The notes under the pieces: model-generated | Database searches by the model: none | What the model saw: only the letters and a program-made list of their open reading frames with translations | Told to the model about the DNA's origin: nothing | Position numbers and translations under genes: made by a program | Assembly (NCBI RefSeq): GCF_009914755.1 | Contig: NC_060946.1 | Reading direction: 5' to 3' (one strand) | Source of the DNA: the human T2T-CHM13v2.0 reference genome, Homo sapiens | Length of the DNA: 64,000 nt | Part shown: piece by piece, positions 1-17,106 of the stretch | How positions within the stretch are numbered: the stretch's first letter is position 1 | How the letters are laid out: the number at the start of each line of letters is the position of its first letter

Positions 1-1169
1 GCCGAGTTCTTTAATGCACTGACGCAAACAGCATCTGCCTCTACATATTCTGATTTTATGGTCTCCAATTCTTCACTTAAAAAAGGAAAGGAGCTAGAAG
101 GAGGTTCTGAAGTCTGCATGACTTAAAAGGAAAGGACGTGAGTGTCCTTCACAAAGGCGCAGCTGTCTCCACAGCCCCGTGTCCTCAGCCCCAGGCAGAG
201 CAGAGACAGGATGACCATTCAGGCGCCCTCCATGGTCACTAGGGAGGTCATGCGGCCTGGGACAACTATGTTTAGATTTATTTAAGGTTCTATTTACACT
301 GGTCGCATATTACTGAATACACTGTGTGGGGGTGGGGGCGGAGATATGCCAGGTGAAAGGAGTCCCTGCTTGTTCAGTCGCGTAGCCACCATTGCAGAGC
401 CTGCAGTGGCCAAACTGGGGGACCAAATGTAAGGGGAGAGCGCAGCGTTTCCAGCTGTGTTGTCTGCACTCAGCCTCCCCTCCCCGGTGGGGCGCCTCTT
501 TCCCTTTGCATCCCCTCTCCCTGGGCAGCTGCCCTGGCTCTGCCCCCCAACCCCTGGCACCAGCCCTTGTTGCCAGCCCGAGCCTTCTTGCTGAGGGTCC
601 CTGCCTTCCTGTGGGGTTGAAGGCGTGGCTGGCCTGGGCTCTGCTAACCTTAGAGTGGGCTCCTGCCTTGGAGCATGGGGCTAACATGGGTGAGGGTCTC
701 AGCCAGGGGTGTGGACAGGAGGGTGGCTGCTGAGAGTGCACACTTCAGCCAGCTCTACCAACGGTCCTGCCACCAGTGCCCTGCACACGCACAGTCACTG
801 ATAAGGTGTCTGCCATCCTTTCCTGCCTGCATTTCTCCTCCATCAGGCCCCTGCAGGGGGTAAAGGGAACCCCAGCAGGGAAAGACCCTGTGCTCAGCCC
901 CCACTCCAACAGTGGGTGTGGGACCCTCCCCCAGAGTCCTCATCCCTGGCACAGCAGCAGCTGCCTGCGCAGGCCATGGGGACAGAGATGGGGACAGCAA
1001 GCCCCATGCACGCCTAGGCCATCATGGGCATCATAGGCATCGTGTGTCTGGGCACGCTACATCCGGCACCTTCCACCACATTTGGAAAATACTTCTGCAT
1101 TCACCTTCCTAACCGTCCTGCTTCATTTCCCGTCATTTGCAAGAGAAACACACAAAGCAATGCACTTAC

Positions 1170-1275
1170 CCTGCCCGGCAGGGCTTCCTATCCCTTGGAG
1201 ATCCCACCGTGTGTTGTGCAGGGAGGAAGGACACTGTCCCTTCATAGCAGTGGTGGGAGAGGAAGGTCTTTAAAC
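1170..1275 (-). CDS. CERK: CERK exon 9 (106 nt, phase 1-2); gene continues beyond the window start
   Basis: Acceptor ctgttcccag|GT, donor AGG|GTAAGT; encodes (G)LKTFLSHHCYEGTVSFLPAQHTVGSPRDRKPCRA(G). Cumulative CDS 1049 nt. Confidence 0.96.
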
Positions 1276-3249
1276 CTGGGAACAGAGTGCAGTGAAGAAA
1301 AAACATCCACAAGGGTCATTGCTTGGTTAGGATGCTGTGCTGGGCAGCTTCAGAAATGTCGCTGAGCGCGCATCTGCCTAAACCGTCTGCAGGAGGGAGA
1401 GGCCGGGCCTGCTTCAGGCCATGTCACCATTGAAGGCAGTGGCAGGGTCTCTGCCCTCCCTCAGGACAACAGCACGTCTAGTCATAGTGCTGGTGCCTTC
1501 TGACACCCAGTGATGCTGGGACAGCCAGGGCTATGGCCACTCTTGACGCTGGCAAAGTGGGGCCTTTGCCATTAGCCACCCCTCATAGCCTCGATGATGT
1601 GGCCTGTGGGCTCCAGTGGCTCAGGGTCATCCCCTCCACCTCTTCATGAGGGTCAGTGATGCCCCCACCTGCCTCAGGGCTTGGCCCCCACTGGGGTCAG
1701 CCACAGCCCCTGTGACGTCCTGAACAGCTCAGGACAGAGGCCAGGGCCGCTGCCACCCAAAGTCTGGGGCCACCCTCCAGGCAAACGTGTGCGCTGTCCA
1801 CGGGGCTGCCAGCAGCCTGGCACCCGGGCTGTCTGGGAAACACCACCCAGCAGGACAGCAGGGACTGGGCAGGAGGCAGGAGAGGGGCCCCAGGGTGTCG
1901 TGGGCCACACCAGGAGCCAGGCCGTGTCCTGTGAGTCTCAGGGCGACTTCACTCCTCCGTGTCTGATGCTGGGGCTGGTGCTGCCCTGTATGACATCTGG
2001 TGTGGCAGTGACGGCCTGCAGGGCCGTCACACACAACCTTACCCCCGACACACAGAGGCCTCACATCCTCATCCGCAGATGGCAAGCCCACAGCCAAGTG
2101 TGCACCGCCCAGGGGTGGGGGAAGCTGCCGGCAAGAGCAGTCTGGCTCCTAGGACATCTGTGTGCCTGAAAGTCAGCTCCCGACTGTCCCTAGGACAGCC
2201 CCGTCTGTGGGTCTTGCACCTGGCATGGGCCAGGTGCCTGGAATGCACTCAGCGGGCGGGCCCTTCCAGGTGGCTGCAGCTCCGCCTCCCTGCAGAGTGG
2301 CTCTGGCCTCTCTCCCTGCTCCTCCCATGGGGGTCCCACAAGGACGTCGTGTCCACGGCCCTGGGAGGAGGCCGACCCACTGGTCAGCAACCTTCCAAGC
2401 CGGCTCCTCTCTCAAGTGCAGGGGGCAGGGGGGCAGCTGCCTCATCACCCAGACGCAGCCTCCAGGGTGGCGCCTCACCGACATCTGATGTCCCGGTTTC
2501 TGTCTGCCCCTAGATGGGCCCCAGATGTCCTACCGGCACCTAAAACTCCACGTGTCTCAACAGAGTGTGTCATTTCCACACGCTCATTCTCCTTCCATGC
2601 CCTCTGTGCTGCTCCAGAACAACCGGGTGCTTTCTGCCTCACAGCCACAGAACCCAAACCCGCTTTCCTGAGAGCATCTCAGGCCCTGTGGCCAGGATGG
2701 GGATCCAGAGACCCGGAAGGCGTCTCCTGCCTCGGGGCTCTCATCCTGGTGGGAGGGACAGAGCTGCAGCCACTGCCTGTGGTGATGGGCTGAGGGCAAA
2801 GGGGGGGGCCAGGCATGCAGGGGGGCTGCCCACCACCCCACCCCAGCAGGCAGGGACAGGGAGGGGGCATCCCAGGGGCATTCTAGGCAGAGCCACACTG
2901 GGCTCAACAAAGGGCAGTCGGGAGAATGGCACAACCCAAACCGCTTCCTAAAATTCTCGCGGCTTCTCTAATTTTCTCGGTATTCCCTTTCTTAATAAGC
3001 CTTAGATAAATACCTCACTTTGCCATTTCTTAGGTTTTAATTTTCAAGCCACACTAGTTTTTAATTTCATTAAATCTTTTCAAGCTTCGTAAAGTTTGCC
3101 AAATCACTATTTCTTTCTCTCATAAGGGTTAAGATTTTAGTATCAGGAATTACTCGATTTAATTTGATACAGATTTATCTGAAAGCGAACTGTAAAGAGG
3201 CGGGAAAGTCGACCGGGCAGCGAGAATGGCACACCTCATGGTCTACATA

Positions 3250-3831
<582 letters not shown>

Positions 3832-4558
3832 TGATGTGTGCAGACTGCAACTCTTGTGTCTGAACTGGCACCAGCCTTCATTTCTGGTTCATTCTAAACT
3901 CTGTGGTCGGGTAACAGGTCACCGCCGCCTGGCCCGAGGCCCCAGCAGCAGCCCCGGGAGCCTGGAGGACCTGCATGTTCCGAAGCCCACCCAGACCTGC
4001 CGTGTTGGATGCTCTGGGGGGTCCCCGCAGCCTGGGTTCTACCAAGCCCTCCAGAGGATGCAGGTGCCCACCACAGTCTGAGGACCACTGGGCTCAAGAA
4101 AGAGTGAGGCAGGATGCGGGCAACCTCTTTGTGCCTGTTTTCTCCGCTATAAAGTGGGGCAGGAGCACCTGCTGGGGTGAGAAGAGCACTGTGGAGAATG
4201 AAAGCTTTTGGGCTTCAGGGAGTGCGGCGTGGCATTCGCTCCCACTCCTCCTCCTCTGTGCCCACTGCGGCCGAGCCGCAGGAAGGCAGGATCTTGCCTG
4301 TTTTGTTCATGGACACGTCCCTGCCTCAAAAACCAGGCCCGGCATAGAGCAGGGGCTCAACAAATACGTGCTGAGTGTATCTCACTTGTATGGCTAGCTA
4401 CGGTGTAACCCCAACAAAACCACGCAACCTTGTTGAATGAAGTAAAGGATACTTGTGCCTGAAGTTACAGAAGAGCTTCCACACAGATATCCCAGGCTGA
4501 ATTTCTGCACAAAGTTCTTGCCACTTTGACTAATAAGCTCAGAGTGATTATAAAACTA

Positions 4559-4870
<312 letters not shown>

Positions 4871-5271
4871 TTAAAAATATATTTTAAAAACTATTTTTTT
4901 TCCAATTAATACTTCCACTTGAACAGTTTGGGGTGGCCTCTGTCACCTGCCTACCAGATGTGAGAGGCTGGTGGCCTGGCGTCTTGGGGTTCCAGCACCT
5001 GGGGTTCTGGAGTGAACTGCGTCCGTCATGGTGTCTACTCTGTGGCTTATGCTTGGGTCCAGGGGGCAGGATCTGGTTTAGAGCAATCCAGGTTCCAGTC
5101 CAGACCCTGCCACGTTCTGGCCCCGGCACATTTCATGAGGCCCTTAGCTTCCCGTCTGTGAGCAGGTGGGGGCCCACCTCTGACGGTGCTCAGTGGATTC
5201 AGTCAGGTAACATCTGTGAAGGCAGTCGGGGCACGACCAGCGGGGAGCGAGTCTGCATTATTCTGAGTTAC

Positions 5272-5424
5272 CTGAAAAGTCGTATCTGGCAAGACCCAAC
5301 CACCGTTTCTTCTCACTGTCCTTGATGATGTCCCCGTAGAAGCCGTAGCCCAGCAGGGACACGGAGTAGCGAAGGAGTGTGCTGTTGTGGTGGACTGAGG
5401 ACACATCCATGGCCAGCGAGTCCC
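5272..5424 (-). CDS. CERK: CERK exon 8 (153 nt, phase 1-1)
   Basis: Acceptor ctcccacag|GG, donor TCAG|GTAACT; encodes (G)DSLAMDVSSVHHNSTLLRYSVSLLGYGFYGDIIKDSEKKRWLGLARYDFS. Confidence 0.97.
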
Positions 5425-5765
5425 CTGTGGGAGAGAACGGCCGTGAGGGAAGGCAGCCCCCCTCCAGCCCGGCCCCATCCACTCCATCCCCTTCAATAGC
5501 ACTTTGCAAACGTGGGAGTTACTTTTAAAAAGTGTGAAACAAACAGAACGCATTCAGTGCAAGGATTCTCTCTCTTGGGGTGTTGGATGCCATATTTTTT
5601 ATTCAAATGACTGAACTCCACTCAAATTTCTAAAACAGGCTCGGGGAGCTATCCTGTGGGGACTGAACAAGAGTGTATCTGTGAGGCTCATGAAATATCT
5701 TTAACTGAAAGGACGGTGGTTTTAGAATGAAGAAAAAGTACATGGCATTTTAAAATACAAAATCA

Positions 5766-6986
<1,221 letters not shown>

Positions 6987-7568
6987 CTAAGTGGCTATTT
7001 TAAAATATACAGTTTCTGTGACTTCAGGTGAGGCACGGTAACCCTGTCTACTGGGGTGAGGAACAGGCGAAGGCACAAAAGATCTGTCCTGCCAGAGCCC
7101 ACCGTGCTGAGTGCCATGGGCAGCCCCTTCTGCTCTTCCTGACCGGGGCTCTGCATCCTGGACTGAAGCCTCGAGGCCTCACAGAGGCATGCGTTCCACA
7201 GCTGGCAGCCCAGGCACAGCTGCCCGTGCCCACTGCCACAGGCAGTATGGCGGGACGCGGGTGGTTTCCGAGCCTCGGGGCAGCAGCCTCTGGAGGAGGA
7301 ACTGAGCAAGAGTCAGGTGAGCTGAGTACGGGCATCGCGCATGTGGTGGATTCCGTGGGAAAGAACTCGGCCCACACTGGGCGTGCCCCCAGGAAGCCCG
7401 TCCTGACAACGTGGCCTCGGAGCTGCGTGCTGAGTGGGATCACAGCGCAGCGAGCAGAGCAGGGGACACAGCGTGACCCACGGCCAGGACAGGACGGCAA
7501 CGGCTGGAACACGCGACGGGGACCAGAGTGGGACAGGCCTGGGGGCGCAGGAGGCCCGGCTGCCACCG

Positions 7569-7580
7569 TGCGCATGCGCA
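7569..7580. promoter_or_regulatory. Perfect NRF1 consensus palindrome TGCGCATGCGCA in a CpG-rich intragenic patch
   Basis: Exact 12-bp motif 14 nt into intron 7; motif match only, binding not shown. Confidence 0.5.
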
Positions 7581-7594
7581 GAGGAGGGGCTCAC

Positions 7595-7669
7595 CAACAA
7601 CGATATGCAGCGCCGAGGTTTCTGCGTCGCTGGTGCCCACGGTGGAGTAACACACGCAGTCCGTTGACC
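7595..7669 (-). CDS. CERK: CERK exon 7 (75 nt, phase 1-1)
   Basis: Acceptor tccctttacag|GG, donor TTG|GTGAGC; encodes (G)STDCVCYSTVGTSDAETSALHIVV and completes the PAGST motif. Confidence 0.97.
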
Positions 7670-7844
7670 CTGTAAAGGGAAAAAGAAGGTCCCAAATAGC
7701 ATCAGAATAACAGAATTGTAATCGCCTCCCAATTCAGTGAGTGGTACCTCATTCCTTTCCTTCCATGGCCCTAGAGTCAACACTAAGGAATAAATAGAAT
7801 TTACCTACAAAATGAATATAGAAAATACTAGCGTTGATTCCTCA

Positions 7845-8545
<701 letters not shown>

Positions 8546-9179
8546 CTCGTAAACTTCTGAAACAGCTGGATGCGGCAAAGGTCACACACAGCCATTACTT
8601 GAGATCTTAATACCAGGACAGCCAGGACAGGCAGCTCAGGTCCCTGCTTCAGCCCGATGTTCCCCGTGAACGGGGCCGGCTGCGGCTTATGCATCTTTTT
8701 ATCCTGCGCTTCACTGGCTCAGATGAAAGGGAAGCTGCAGCTGCCCCGGCTGATCGCACGGCCTTCCCTCTGAGGACCATGCTCAAAAGAATGATTTGCA
8801 TCCACAATGACCACCCATACCTGTGGGAGTAGCTGTGCTGGTTCTCAACATTCCCCACACAACTGAATACGGGAGTTCCTCATCCACCCGGCCAGCACTG
8901 CCGCCACCCGAGTAACGACCAACCACATGCTCCCGTTCACGCGAGAAGGACGGGGCTCCAGGGGGGTTGCTCCCAGGACATGCGCATCATCTCCTTGAGC
9001 CTCTCTGTGCCTAAGTCATTAGCAGGCAATGCTGGCTGAAGTTACAAGCAGCAGATGCAGTTACAGGCTAACACCCGATGAAGGACCGAATGAATGACGA
9101 TCTCTTCTTCCTATCAATTTGCTAATGCATCTATACTAATACATATGTGGAAGAGACTTGGAAGGTAAAACATGCTACA

Positions 9180-10250
9180 TCAGGTCTCAAAGCAGCCGGA
9201 GCCATGCCTTTCAGATGCTCCAGTGACATCTGTCCCGGAGGCAGCCATCCACGGGAGGCAGCTCAACACCCTCCAGATCTCAGGACCCCAACCCCCACCT
9301 GCCCCTCCTGCCTCTCCTGCCCCCAGCCAGCAAGACAAGCAGTGACCTCTGCACCTTCTAGCGGCTGGAACCCTGGAGCATGAGTGAGTTCAGGTACCTG
9401 CTGCCACCACCGGCCGTGCGCATCCAGGCGGCCTCCCACAGGGTCTGTGGCTGTCAGGTCTCACTCACAACTCTTGTGCCCCCAGGCTGCTCCCCAGGTT
9501 GCCATGGTGACCGTTACAGGGCCACCCTTGGGTGTCTCCCTCACCCTTACTCCTCCACTCAAGGCGATGCTGCGGAGCAGAGACTCCACACAGCCCCCCA
9601 CCAGCTACACCCCGGAGTCTCAGACCCCATGCAGCGCCCTTACCGTCCAAGCCACCAGCGTTCTCACCGGGGCCCACATGCTCTTAGGACCAAACGCAGA
9701 GAGCGATATCGGAGCAGAGTCAGACGTCACCCCCTGCCGAACCACCGCCTCCAAGACCTCCTGCTGCATGGCAGAGTGGAACTCGGCATCTCCCTCGGGC
9801 CCTGCCCTGCCCCTCCACCCCCACCCCCAGCCACACTGGCTTCCTTGTCCCGAACACCCCCAGCTCCTCCCACCTGCTGCCCTCTGCACCAGCTGACTCC
9901 CGGCCTAGGCCCCTCACCTGTCACCTCTCAGAAAGGCCTCCTGGACACCCATGGAAAGGGGCCACAAAGAGACCCTCTCCCCAGACCCTCCCCCAGTGGC
10001 ATTTGCTACAATGCGCACCCACCCTGGGAAAGGCTTTTATGCCCACATTTGGTGGGGTGCCTGCTGTCCTCTCCTGGGGCAGAGGCCACAGCCAAGGCCT
10101 AGAGGAGGGCAGGGCACACAGCGGTACCCCCACCCTGACCACGGGGCAGGGCACACAGTGGCACCTCCACCCTGACCATGGTGAAGTGCAGCCTGCATCC
10201 CCACGAGCACTCCTGAGCCGCAGGTCTCAGCTCCTGAGGTCGTTGTGGAT
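9180..10250 (+). mobile_element. Degenerate L2 LINE fragment
   Basis: L2 3'-region-like blocks (cactggcttccttgtcccgaacac, tgtcacctctcagaaaggcct); highly diverged. Confidence 0.55.
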
Positions 10251-10501
10251 TTTAAGAGCTGAGGATTTTAGGGCTTAGCACTGCCACTGGCAAATGGTGA
10301 CAAAAGACAGGTTTCTTGCAAACAAGGTAAGAACCATACAGCATAGATGAGAATGCAGAAAAACAGAATTCATGGAATCCAGAACGCACCACATACAAAG
10401 TTAAAAGACCAAAACCTAATTTGGAAAAGAGTTGCAAGACACAAAAACCAATGAAGGGCAAATAACGTATAAACAATGTTATGGTCAATTAGAAAGTGAC
10501 A

Positions 10502-12005
<1,504 letters not shown>

Positions 12006-13799
12006 CAAGCCGTGATCTGTGCACCTTCAGGGGCTGGGAGCCTGGAGCGTGTGAGTGTGCTGAGTGTGTGTGAACACAGAGCTCGACCTTGCACAGCTGT
12101 GCTCAGTCATTCAACAGATATCTAAGAGGGAGTTTGGGTGCCAGGGCTGGGTGCCCCACCGAGGACACATGAGTGAAAGCCAACCTCCCTGCCTGCGGGG
12201 AAGACAGACATCAGCCAAGGCCCAGGGGCCCTCCCGAGCCGTCTGCTCCCGGCCAGCTCTTCCGCTCTCCCCACTCCTAACTGCCTGGCAGGAACCGAGA
12301 GGTCGGCGGCACACAGGAGGCCTGAGAAGGATGTGAGGAAATCCAGCAGAGGCTCCCCCGAGATCCAGCGGGATGTTGCTATAATGCTTTGGTTTATCTG
12401 AGAGACTTGTTATTGGAAGGGGTGCTGAGAGCTTTTTCTCTATTGAGCTATTTCTAAAGAACCATTTCTCCCCTTAGTGTCTCCCAGCCTGGAGCCAGGC
12501 TGTTCTCATTAGACAGGACTCTTCTCAGGTGAGTGACATTCTTCTAAAACTCATCAGGCGATATTATGAAAAGTTCCTCTCTATTAATAACTGCATCACG
12601 CCTTCCCTAAAAGCCAAAGGGAAGGGATCGTAACCAGACGATCATCCTTTCCTATATACTTAAAACCATGACCATGGTCAACTTGTTGCTAACAATTATT
12701 AGTAATTCACGAGATATTATGCTAACACAAATCCCCCTAAAATGAGTCTTGATACTGAAAACACCCGCAATGTCACCATCCGTGGGGAACATTTGCCTCA
12801 CACCATTATTCACAAGCTCTGTCATTAAGAAGGAGTAATGACTTAAGTTTAAAGGATGACTCCCTCAAGTAAACACTGGCCCACAATGTCACCTGTCGGA
12901 GGCAGGTTAGAGTTGAGAGCGGCACCCACAGAGAAGGTGGCTCAGGGCCTGTCCCTCGTGAGGGCTAGCCTTTCCCTTGCTTTGAGGCAAGGTGGCCTCT
13001 AAACCTCCAACTCTCGCTCCCATCCGGTGACCTGTGACCTCACCCCCAGTCCTCCTGTCTTCATCCATAAAATGGGGATGACTGCGGTGCTCACATCCCA
13101 GAGCTGTGACGAGAGTGAAAGTGTGCACCATGCCGCCACCCTCGGGGCCAGACACAGGGCCAGAGAGGACAGACACCTCGTCCCCTGCCAGGTCATTTGC
13201 AAAGCCTGCAACACACCACGCTCAGGCCCTCAGCTTGACTTAGCTTAACACTGTGATTTTTCAAAGAACAAGGTGGTTCCTAGAAGGATGTTGAATGGAC
13301 CAAGCCGAACCAGCACTTCAGGACACAGCCCAGCTGTTCCCGGGCTCGGCTAGGTCCTGCCCTTGGTTCCGCCCCCACCTTTCCCACTCAGTCTCCTCCC
13401 AACTCCCCAGCCCGATTCCTGCCCACACCCACCCCTAACTCCCGGTTCCTTCAGGTCCAGAAGCCACTTCTTCCAGAACGCACCCCCTGCCAACCTACCC
13501 ACCTGCTCCCGGGCACCGGGGGTTCCCCACTCCAGGACTGCACCCCCAGCGGTGGGGTTCTCCTGCCTTGCGTGAAGCAGCCTTTGGGGGAGTCGGGCAA
13601 CTTTCCTTTCCACGAGTGTCTATTTCATTGGGGTCATACTCTCAATGATATCCCCCCAAGAGTGGCCCTAATGTTAGGAAATCTGTACGAACTAAACTGA
13701 GTATAATTGGGTTATTAAGTGTCCGAGGTGGCTACTTGTGCAGAACAATTCCTAAGGACGGGAACGAAGAGAACAGAGAATGCCAGGCCGGCTCCATAC

Positions 13800-13945
13800 C
13801 TGCGGGAATGATTCCAATCCGGAGGCTACTGGGGACCAGCACAGCCCGGGGGTGGTTCTGGTCGACCCCGGCGCTCCTCTGCGTCCTCCCAATCAGACCG
13901 TGCAGCACCTCGCTGAACATACCATCTCCGCCGACACAGACGATG
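13800..13945 (-). CDS. CERK: CERK exon 6 (146 nt, phase 2-1; GGDG ATP-binding motif)
   Basis: Acceptor cctcctgcag|C, donor GCAG|GTATGG; encodes IVCVGGDGMFSEVLHGLIGRTQRSAGVDQNHPRAVLVPSSLRIGIIPA. Confidence 0.97.
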
Positions 13946-15629
13946 CTGCAGGAGGAACACAGCCGGTCAGGGCTCCTGCAGGTGCGGCCCTCTGAGCGCA
14001 GCAGGCCTGAGGCTTCCAGCTTCAGGAGGGGCAGCCTGCACACCTGGCCCTTGGCAGGCATCTAGAAGTGCGGCTCCTGAAATGTCCCTAAGTGATAAGG
14101 TCGTGCCTCTGTGCCAGTTGGCCTAGACCACGTGTACAAATAATGAGATTGATGGCAAATACTGGCTTTCCTTCTGTGAGTCTGGAATTTGGGTGGCTAG
14201 GCAGAGAATGCCTGCATGCCTGTACCCCCTCAAAAACACTACACTCTGGGTCTCAGGACTCAAGTTTGCGGGGCGGGAAGAGTACACCTGTGCTGCTGCA
14301 TTTGTGGGAGCAGAGAGGGTGCACTCCAGGTGACCCGCACTGCGGGAGAGGCACAGCAGTCTGCGCGGGGACGTTTCTCCTTTGCTAAGCTGGCTGTGCA
14401 GCCTTGCTCTGTCCCGTCAGAAATCTCAGCCGAGAGCACGACTCTAGCTCAGGCAGCAAATCACCAGCCGTGTGGGTGGTCTTGAGGACCCAAGGCAAGA
14501 GCAGAGGGGACGGAATAAATGCGGACAAAATGGGGCATGAGACAATCTAAGGAGAGGAGATGGAGAAAGGGGACAGTGGCTGAAGGGAGAAAGGACGGGT
14601 TGGTTTCAGGGTGTGCTGTCCTATGCCGGGGGTAACCCACAGGGAACCAACACTGAGGTGGCAGAATGAGAGGTGCAGGCATGGAGACAGACATGTCACT
14701 GCAGCCCAGAGGGAAGGCAGAGGACAGGGCTCAGGTTTCCTGGACATCTCTATAGCCTACGGCAGCCCAAGAGCTCTCATCACCCGGGAAGAGAGGGTTG
14801 CAGGGGGAAGGTCCGCCGGTAGAGGAGCGGTGTGAGTCGACTAGGGGGTGCAGCCTGAGGGGCCTCCCTCAAGCATGACAGCATCAAGGTGCCTGCCCAT
14901 TCCCCAGTGGGTCTGTCTGTGCAGGCGCGACCAGTCTCCAGGGCTGGGATCTCTGCCCACCACCCACCACTCAGGCCACCTGCTTTGGGCCCGGCTCCCA
15001 TGGGAAGGCTCTTTGCCCTTCCCCGTAGCCTACACCTTGCACCGGGGCAGCCTTCCCAGCGGGGCTGTGGTTTCGAGGACAGGGCATCCTTGAATGGGCA
15101 GTGTAGCATCTGTGTGTTAGACAGACAGATCACTCAGACAGACAGCTCAGCCGCAGGAAGAGCAGCCCTCACTGGCCAGGCCTCCCAGCCTCCTGCACGG
15201 CATGTCCCTGGGTTTGGGGAGAAGGCGTGCCCTCAAGAGGCGAGGCTGATCCCTTGGCTAGGGTGGGTGCAATAAGGTGCCAGCCCCATCCCTGCTGAAA
15301 AGTGAAGACGACTGTCTTCCTGCCAAGCTGCTGTCGGGTGGAGGTGGTGGGAAGAAGTACATGGAGGAGCTGCCATCGGGTGGAGTTGGGGAGATGTGCA
15401 TGGAGGAGCCCCCTGCTTCCTGGAGCCCATGAACAGAACACTCCCGCATTAGGAGGGGAGCAAAGGGGTCTCCCTGTCAGCACCTGGGGGCAGGGGCTCC
15501 TTTTATTTCCCTTTCTAACCTTAGCACCAGCAGAGTGCTGGGACCTGGAGGACCCTCAATAATGTTTGTGGAATGAATAATGATTTCAATAAATATCCGC
15601 TGCAATTTATAACACATTGCTCACCGACT

Positions 15630-16700
15630 CCAGATGGAACAGAGAGAAGAAAACAAAAAGCCAACCAATGACAAGGCAATTAACTACAGGGGAATAGCTA
15701 AACTCAAGATGAAGAGTGAAATTTTAAGCATAAAGAACAGCACAGAAGAGCTGGACAGACTTGAGTACATGAATTTGAAAACTTCTACTGGGAAGAATTA
15801 ATGCCATAAGCAAAATTAAAAGACAATTTCAAAATTAGCAAAAATATTTGCAAAAATATGAATATAAATATGAATTGCCTATTATTTGTTGGATAAGAGA
15901 ACAAATGACTGAAATTATGGCCAACAAAAGAAAATGGGCCAAAGACATAAAAATCAATTCCAAGAAGCCAGCTAGCCAATAAACATATTTCTTAAAATAT
16001 TAGAGACTTTCACATGTCAAATTAGCAGAGAAATTTTATACTGATAATACCAAACATGTTGACAAAGACAGTAAATAATATACTATAAGAAAGAATGTAA
16101 ACTGGCCGGGCGCGGTGGCTCATGCCTGTAATCCCAGCACTTTGGGAGGCTGAGGCGGGTCGCGTGGATCACCTGAGGTCAGGAGTTCGAGACCAGCCTG
16201 GCCAACATGGCGAAATCCTGTCTCTACTAAAAACACAAAAATTAGCTGGGCGTGGTGTTGGGCACCTATAATCCCAGCTACTCGGGAGGTTGAGGCAGGA
16301 GAATCATTTGGACTTGGGAGGCCGAAGCTGCCGAGGTCACGCCATTGCACTCCAGCCTGGGCAACAAGAGCGAAACTCTGCCTCAAAAACGAAAAAAAAA
16401 AAAAAGAATGTAAGTTAATAGAATCTCTTTCGAAAGCAATATGGCTGTACACGGCAGAGATTTTAAAATGTTAATCTCCTATGACTAATTTCATTTCTAG
16501 GAATTTACCTTAAAAATGTAGATGTATGCAGAGAGATTTATGTACAACAATGCTATCCTAAGAGCAAAAATTGGAAAGAGCCTGAACATCTACAAGTGAG
16601 AGGCTAAATAAATATGGCATGCCCACATAATGGACCATGATATGGGCATTAAAAATAGTAGTTCTGGGAAATCTCTAGGAATTTTGGGGAAAAGAAGAAT
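15630..16700 (+). mobile_element. Old L1M fragment interrupted by Alu 16104-16405
   Basis: A-rich L1 ORF2/3' UTR-like blocks (aaaatgggccaaagac, atttctaggaatttacc); Alu TSD aaagaatgtaa. Confidence 0.7.
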
Positions 16701-17042
16701 CCCAAACTGTAAAAACGACAGCATCTAAACATTCTTGATAATGTGCTTGGTTGATTTGCTTCTCTGTCTACACAGCACCGCATAAGCACATCTTCTGAAA
16801 GACCGAAAGGGAACAGAACCAGCAAACAACCATTCTCGCCCAGCCCAGCCAGAGAGGAGCGTGTGACTGCACTTTTCTGCCTTTTCTTTCTTGCCTTCCT
16901 GTAAGAAGCATGTTTACTTTTACAATTGGTCGTGGGTGGAGGCGGGGGGCGGATTTAGGAAAAGGAGCTCTCAAAACTGAGAGGTGGGTAGAACTTTTTC
17001 ATTAACAATGGACTTGATGGCGATGAAAGACGGCTTACTCAC

Positions 17043-17106
17043 CCGTCGTATTTGTCTATGTTAATCTCATACAGAGTCTCCTTGGCCTGATTAGCATGTT
17101 CAGTAA
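17043..17106 (-). CDS. CERK: CERK exon 5 (64 nt, phase 1-2)
   Basis: Acceptor ccccacag|TT, donor GG|GTGAGT; encodes (V)TEHANQAKETLYEINIDKYD(G). Confidence 0.96.

Noticed and set aside
7028-7675. 215-aa antisense ORF across exon 7
   Set aside because: GC/CpG-rich patch, non-ATG start, no homology recognised.
9380-10102. 240-aa ORF in intron 6
   Set aside because: Lies on a decayed L2 fragment and has no protein-family features.
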